From contig CAMMFK010000001.1 in assembly GCA_946496115.1 (NCBI GenBank), positions 1 through 47,738 on the forward strand: 47,738 bases of DNA, given 5' to 3'. Shown piece by piece: positions 44,953 through 47,738 of this stretch (its first letter is position 1; the number at the start of each line of letters is the position of its first letter). Made by a program: the position numbers and the translations under genes. Below the pieces are notes generated by a model, which did no database searches, was not told where the DNA came from, and was given only the letters and a program-made list of their open reading frames with translations. The stretch comes from an uncultured Clostridium sp. (GTDB lineage Bacteria > Bacillota > Clostridia > TANB77 > CAG-508).

Positions 44953-45014
44953 TTTTACTTTTGGGACGGTCCTTTTCGTAAAATTTTACGTTTTGCTCCG
45001 TCCCCAAAGTAAAA
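44953..45014 (-). repeat. two inverted 31-nt TTTTAC(G/T)-N17-(C/A)GTAAAA units in the uvrC leader
   Basis: The minus strand reads TTTTACTTTGGGGACGGAGCAAAACGTAAAA followed by TTTTACGAAAAGGACCGTCCCAAAAGTAAAA. The units are mutually complementary and abut the SD. Confidence 0.7.
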
Positions 45015-45034
45015 TCTCTATTAATCATAATTAT

Positions 45035-45063
45035 ATTTTATCAAAAAAATGCGATAATTTCAA
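45035..45063 (-). promoter_or_regulatory. uvrC promoter (extended -10)
   Basis: Minus strand TTGAAA (45058-45063), 17-nt spacer, TGaTAAAAT (-10 at 45035-45040). Confidence 0.55.
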
Positions 45064-45084
45064 CTGTTTTATTTATTCTATCCA

Positions 45085-45148
45085 GAACAAAAGCGGGCTT
45101 CTTTAACTTTGTTCTACTTTTAAATTTACATCGCCCGCGTCTTTGTTC
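45085..45148. repeat. imperfect long inverted repeat with GC clamp
   Basis: GAACAAAAGCGGGC ... GCCCGCGTCTTTGTTC around a 34-nt AT-rich loop. Confidence 0.45.
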
Positions 45149-45190
45149 GTGCGCCAATTTTACAAATGTAAAATTGTGTGCAATGCTTTT

Positions 45191-45225
45191 ATTGTATAGG
45201 AAAAACTTGATTTTTCCTATACAAT
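45191..45225. repeat. perfect 15-bp palindrome
   Basis: ATTGTATAGGAAAAA-CTTGA-TTTTTCCTATACAAT. A second 9-bp palindrome, CAATTTTAC-AAAT-GTAAAATTG, lies at 45155-45176. Confidence 0.55.
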
Positions 45226-45257
45226 GAAAAAGATGCTATTTTTATAGCACCTTTTTT
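45226..45257 (-). terminator. terminator after the 45273-46163 gene (bidirectional shape)
   Basis: GGUGCUAU-AAAA-AUAGCAUC followed by UUUUU on the minus strand. There is also a T-run on the plus side. Confidence 0.65.
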
Positions 45258-45272
45258 GCATTATATTAATAA

Positions 45273-46163
45273 TTAATTATTATATATCTCAAACTTTTCT
45301 ACACTTATTACTTCTATTTGAGCTGGATAAGTATCTCTAATTAATCCTGTAAAAATTACTCTTACAGTATCTCCTACTTCAAAATCGTTTCCTTGGGTAT
45401 TAATTAATAATTTGTCTCCTAATCCTTCTCCATTTTCTATTGGCTTAATCCACATTACATTGTCAAATACCTCTAAAACCTCTGCTCTAAATTCAGGGGC
45501 AACTGGGTATACAGTAGCATTTAATGGATAAGATACAATATTAATATCTTCGTATATTTTTCCTTCTTCTTTTTGGCTTGCTTCTGCTGTAAGTATCAAT
45601 TCTAATCTAATAGTTTCTCCATCTTGTCTTAAAGCTATTGTATAAAACCTTCCTGGAATATCATCATTAATTACAACTTTTCTATCATCTTCTGCCATAT
45701 ATTTATCTCTTGTATAATCAGATTTTAAAGTATACTTTTCTCCATCAAAAATTAAATCGTATAAAATCAAATCTCCCTCTACTGTTGAAGCAGCTATTCT
45801 AATCGAATCAGCCTCCCTATTAGTATTATTTACAGATGTTTTTTCTATAAAATCATCTAAATTTTCTTTATTATACACAGCATAATATGTTACAGTAAAA
45901 CATCCGTCTTTTATAGCCTGCTCAATTGTATAATTTTGTGGTAATTCTTCTAAGCTTGCATTTTTTGTATCTATTTGATTTCCAGTAACATTATTACCAA
46001 CTTCGTTATTATTTAAAGTATTATAATTAGTTTCAATTCCGTTATAAATATTATTAGCTTTAGTGTCATCATCTTTAAAAAACCCCAAGCTAAATAGCAC
46101 CAATCCTATCGTCACAGCTAAAGCAATAAATATAATAATTCCTATTAAAATTTTGTTTTTCAT
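45273..46163 (-). CDS. membrane-anchored/exported protein with DUF4362-like and DUF3221 (YobA-like) regions
   Basis: N-terminal TM/signal anchor, central region ...IAASTVEGDLILYDLIFDGEKYTL..., C-terminal ...VGDTVRVIFTGLIRDTYPAQIEV. Domain names are from memory. Confidence 0.55.
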   Translation of the reverse strand: MKNKILIGIIIFIALAVTIGLVLFSLGFFKDDDTKANNIYNGIETNYNTLNNNEVGNNVTGNQIDTKNASLEELPQNYTIEQAIKDGCFTVTYYAVYNKENLDDFIEKTSVNNTNREADSIRIAASTVEGDLILYDLIFDGEKYTLKSDYTRDKYMAEDDRKVVINDDIPGRFYTIALRQDGETIRLELILTAEASQKEEGKIYEDINIVSYPLNATVYPVAPEFRAEVLEVFDNVMWIKPIENGEGLGDKLLINTQGNDFEVGDTVRVIFTGLIRDTYPAQIEVISVEKFEIYNN

Positions 46164-46231
46164 AAGTACCTCCTAAAAATAGATTTTATTAAAACTTTTA
46201 TTTATCCTTAAATATATTTTGTTTTAATATT

Positions 46232-47284
46232 CTACTTACTAGACAATTTATTTTTTCGTTTTAGTTGGTATTTTATAAATTTTATCAAAAATATAATAGA
46301 TAATACTAAAAATAATATTGTTAAAAAATAAAGTGGCAACTTTGTAGTTGTATTAAAAGTAGCATTTTCTATTGTTTGAGTGGTCTCTTCTAAATCATCA
46401 CTACTTGAACTTTCATTAATATTATTTTCATTAATTGCATTATTATTTTCTGAAATTATTGAATCTGTAATTATTGTATCCAATTCATTTTCAATAAAGC
46501 TGTCTGGCCAATCCATTTCATTTTTTTGTGAACTATTTTCTGTGTTTGCATCATTTTCAATTGCACTATCTAATTCTTGGTTCTCTTGTGAACCATTTTT
46601 TTCTGCATCTATTGTATTTTCACCATCTTGACCATTTATTTCATCACTATCAGTTATAATTTCATTACCATTTTGACCATTTATTCCATCATCATTACTT
46701 TGTTGCTCCTCGTGCATATTTTTATCCATTAATTTTACAATACTTGTACATATCACAAACAAGCACAAGTTTGTTATAAATAGCTTTAGTGTATGAATAG
46801 CCGAATAATATTTCCATTTAACAGTATTTTCATTCTTACCTAGTATTTTAGCTATTTCTTTAAAAGTAAAATTCGACTCCGTTTTTAACTTTACTATAAG
46901 CTCTTCTTCTGAATTTAACTTTTTCATTAATTCTTTGTAGCTAGCTTCATTAATTAAGTTGGAAATTTCCACATCAGCTTTGTAAATTTGAAGATCATCT
47001 ATATTTATATCTTTTCTTTTTGATTTTATATAATTTAAAGTTTCATTTTTTGCAACTGTATATAACCAAGAAGCTTCATTTCTGCTTGGTAGCTTATCTT
47101 TTGGTAATTTATATATTTTTAAGAATAAATTTTGCACAATGTCTTCACTATCTTCTTTATTTTTTATAATGCCAAAAGCTATTTTGAAAGCATAGTCTTT
47201 ACACTCTTTGTAAAACATTTCAAAATTCTGCTCTTTATTTTCTATTACCATTTGCATTGCTATATGAAGCTTATTTTTATTCAT
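46232..47284 (-). CDS. sigma-70-family (ECF-like) sigma factor fused to a TM segment, an acidic Asn/Glu/Asp-rich region and a second C-terminal TM
   Basis: Region 2 (DIVQNLFLKIYK...WLYTVAKNETLNYIKSKRK) and region 4 (FTFKEIAKILGKNENTVKWKYYSAIHTLK), then LFITNLCLFVICTSIV, a low-complexity stretch and LPLYFLTILFLVLSIIFLI. The preferred start is the ATG at 47284; the track start is TTG 47320. Confidence 0.75.
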   Translation of the reverse strand: MNKNKLHIAMQMVIENKEQNFEMFYKECKDYAFKIAFGIIKNKEDSEDIVQNLFLKIYKLPKDKLPSRNEASWLYTVAKNETLNYIKSKRKDINIDDLQIYKADVEISNLINEASYKELMKKLNSEEELIVKLKTESNFTFKEIAKILGKNENTVKWKYYSAIHTLKLFITNLCLFVICTSIVKLMDKNMHEEQQSNDDGINGQNGNEIITDSDEINGQDGENTIDAEKNGSQENQELDSAIENDANTENSSQKNEMDWPDSFIENELDTIITDSIISENNNAINENNINESSSSDDLEETTQTIENATFNTTTKLPLYFLTILFLVLSIIFLIKFIKYQLKRKNKLSSK

Positions 47285-47364
47285 CAAAAATACATTCCCT
47301 TCTACAAAGTTTTTACGCAAACCTTTTTAGTATCAATTTTCTCTAAATTTTTTTGAATAATATC

Positions 47365-47721
47365 CTATAAATTTTCTCTTTCCAACTCTAATAATTTTTC
47401 TTTAACGTCTAACCCACAGGCATATCCAACCAACTTCTTATTGCTTCCAATTACTCTATGACAAGGAACTATAATTATTATTTTATTTTTATTATTTGCC
47501 ATTCCTACTGCTCTAGATGCTTTCGGATTTCCTATACGTTTTGCAATATCTAAATATGAACAAGTCTCGCCATATGGTATTTTTAAAAGCTCTTTCCATA
47601 CATTTATTTGAAAATCTGTGCCATCTAGCTTTATTGGAATATCAAATTTCTTTCTATTGCCTGCAAAATATTCATCTAATTGCTTTCTTGTGTTATTTAT
47701 TAAATCTGTTTCTTTTAGCAT
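47365..47721 (-). CDS. ogt: methylated-DNA--protein-cysteine methyltransferase (possibly N-terminally truncated by the window edge)
   Basis: PCHRVIG active site and GT.FQ..VW..L..IPYGET.SY motif. The frame stays open to the window end. Confidence 0.88.
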   Translation of the reverse strand: MLKETDLINNTRKQLDEYFAGNRKKFDIPIKLDGTDFQINVWKELLKIPYGETCSYLDIAKRIGNPKASRAVGMANNKNKIIIIVPCHRVIGSNKKLVGYACGLDVKEKLLELERENL

Positions 47722-47738
47722 ATAACTTTTTTTATCAA

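Noticed and set aside
44942-45028. N-terminal extensions given by the ORF track. These affect uvrC 44942-45028, recN 6821-6880, mutS2 27433-27516, rplP 19926-20036, map 11657-11707, cdaA 32331-32402, dGTPase 35591-35623 and the metallophosphoesterase 1192-1215.
   Set aside because: In each case a downstream Met matches the canonical family N-terminus and has a proper SD. The extension also runs through promoters, repeats or the preceding gene.
45029-45272. A LexA box upstream of uvrC.
   Set aside because: Only GAACAAA/TTTGTTC words with the wrong spacing were found. There is no GAAC-N4-GTTC match.

Overview
This is a very AT-rich (judged by eye, not computed) Bacillota/Clostridia-like chromosomal segment, with almost every gene on the minus strand. 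The centre (6967-24775) holds a complete S10-spc-alpha ribosomal-protein supercluster: rpsJ-rplC-rplD-rplW-rplB-rpsS-rplV-rpsC-rplP-rpmC-rpsQ-rplN-rplX-rplE-rpsZ-rpsH-[two extra membrane-protein genes]-rplF-rplR-rpsE-rplO-secY | adk-map-infA-rpmJ | rpsM-rpsK-rpsD-rpoA-rplQ. The left flank carries a small promoter/terminator-bounded plus-strand unit, a metallophosphoesterase, tsaD, an M50 site-2 protease, lysS, an orphan ~295-nt non-coding promoter-to-terminator unit, and recN with a LexA box. The right flank carries a DUF2207-like membrane protein, mutS2 (+), a Cys/Asn-rich membrane protein, truA, cdaA, mnmA, tmRNA (+), an HD-domain dGTPase, gtrA, adhE, an Rpn-family PD-(D/E)XK nuclease, a GC-richer orphan gene (+), rluA-family and rRNA-methyltransferase genes, uvrC, a DUF4362/DUF3221-like exported protein, a membrane-tethered sigma-70-family protein and ogt at the window edge. 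I saw no CRISPR array, rRNA, tRNA, integrase or classical IS. The most unusual observations are: (1) two paralogous signal-peptide/multi-TM proteins embedded between rpsH and rplF; (2) an unclassified, structured ~295-nt RNA unit upstream of lysS; (3) two dispersed intergenic repeat families, a 31-nt TTTTACG-N17-CGTAAAA unit and a nested CAATATATGT palindrome family with strand-specific G-U compensation; (4) an in-frame internal SD+ATG inside the Rpn nuclease gene; (5) long structured spacers, extended r-proteins and a missing rpmD in the ribosomal cluster. All coordinates were derived by hand and small elements may be off by a few nt.
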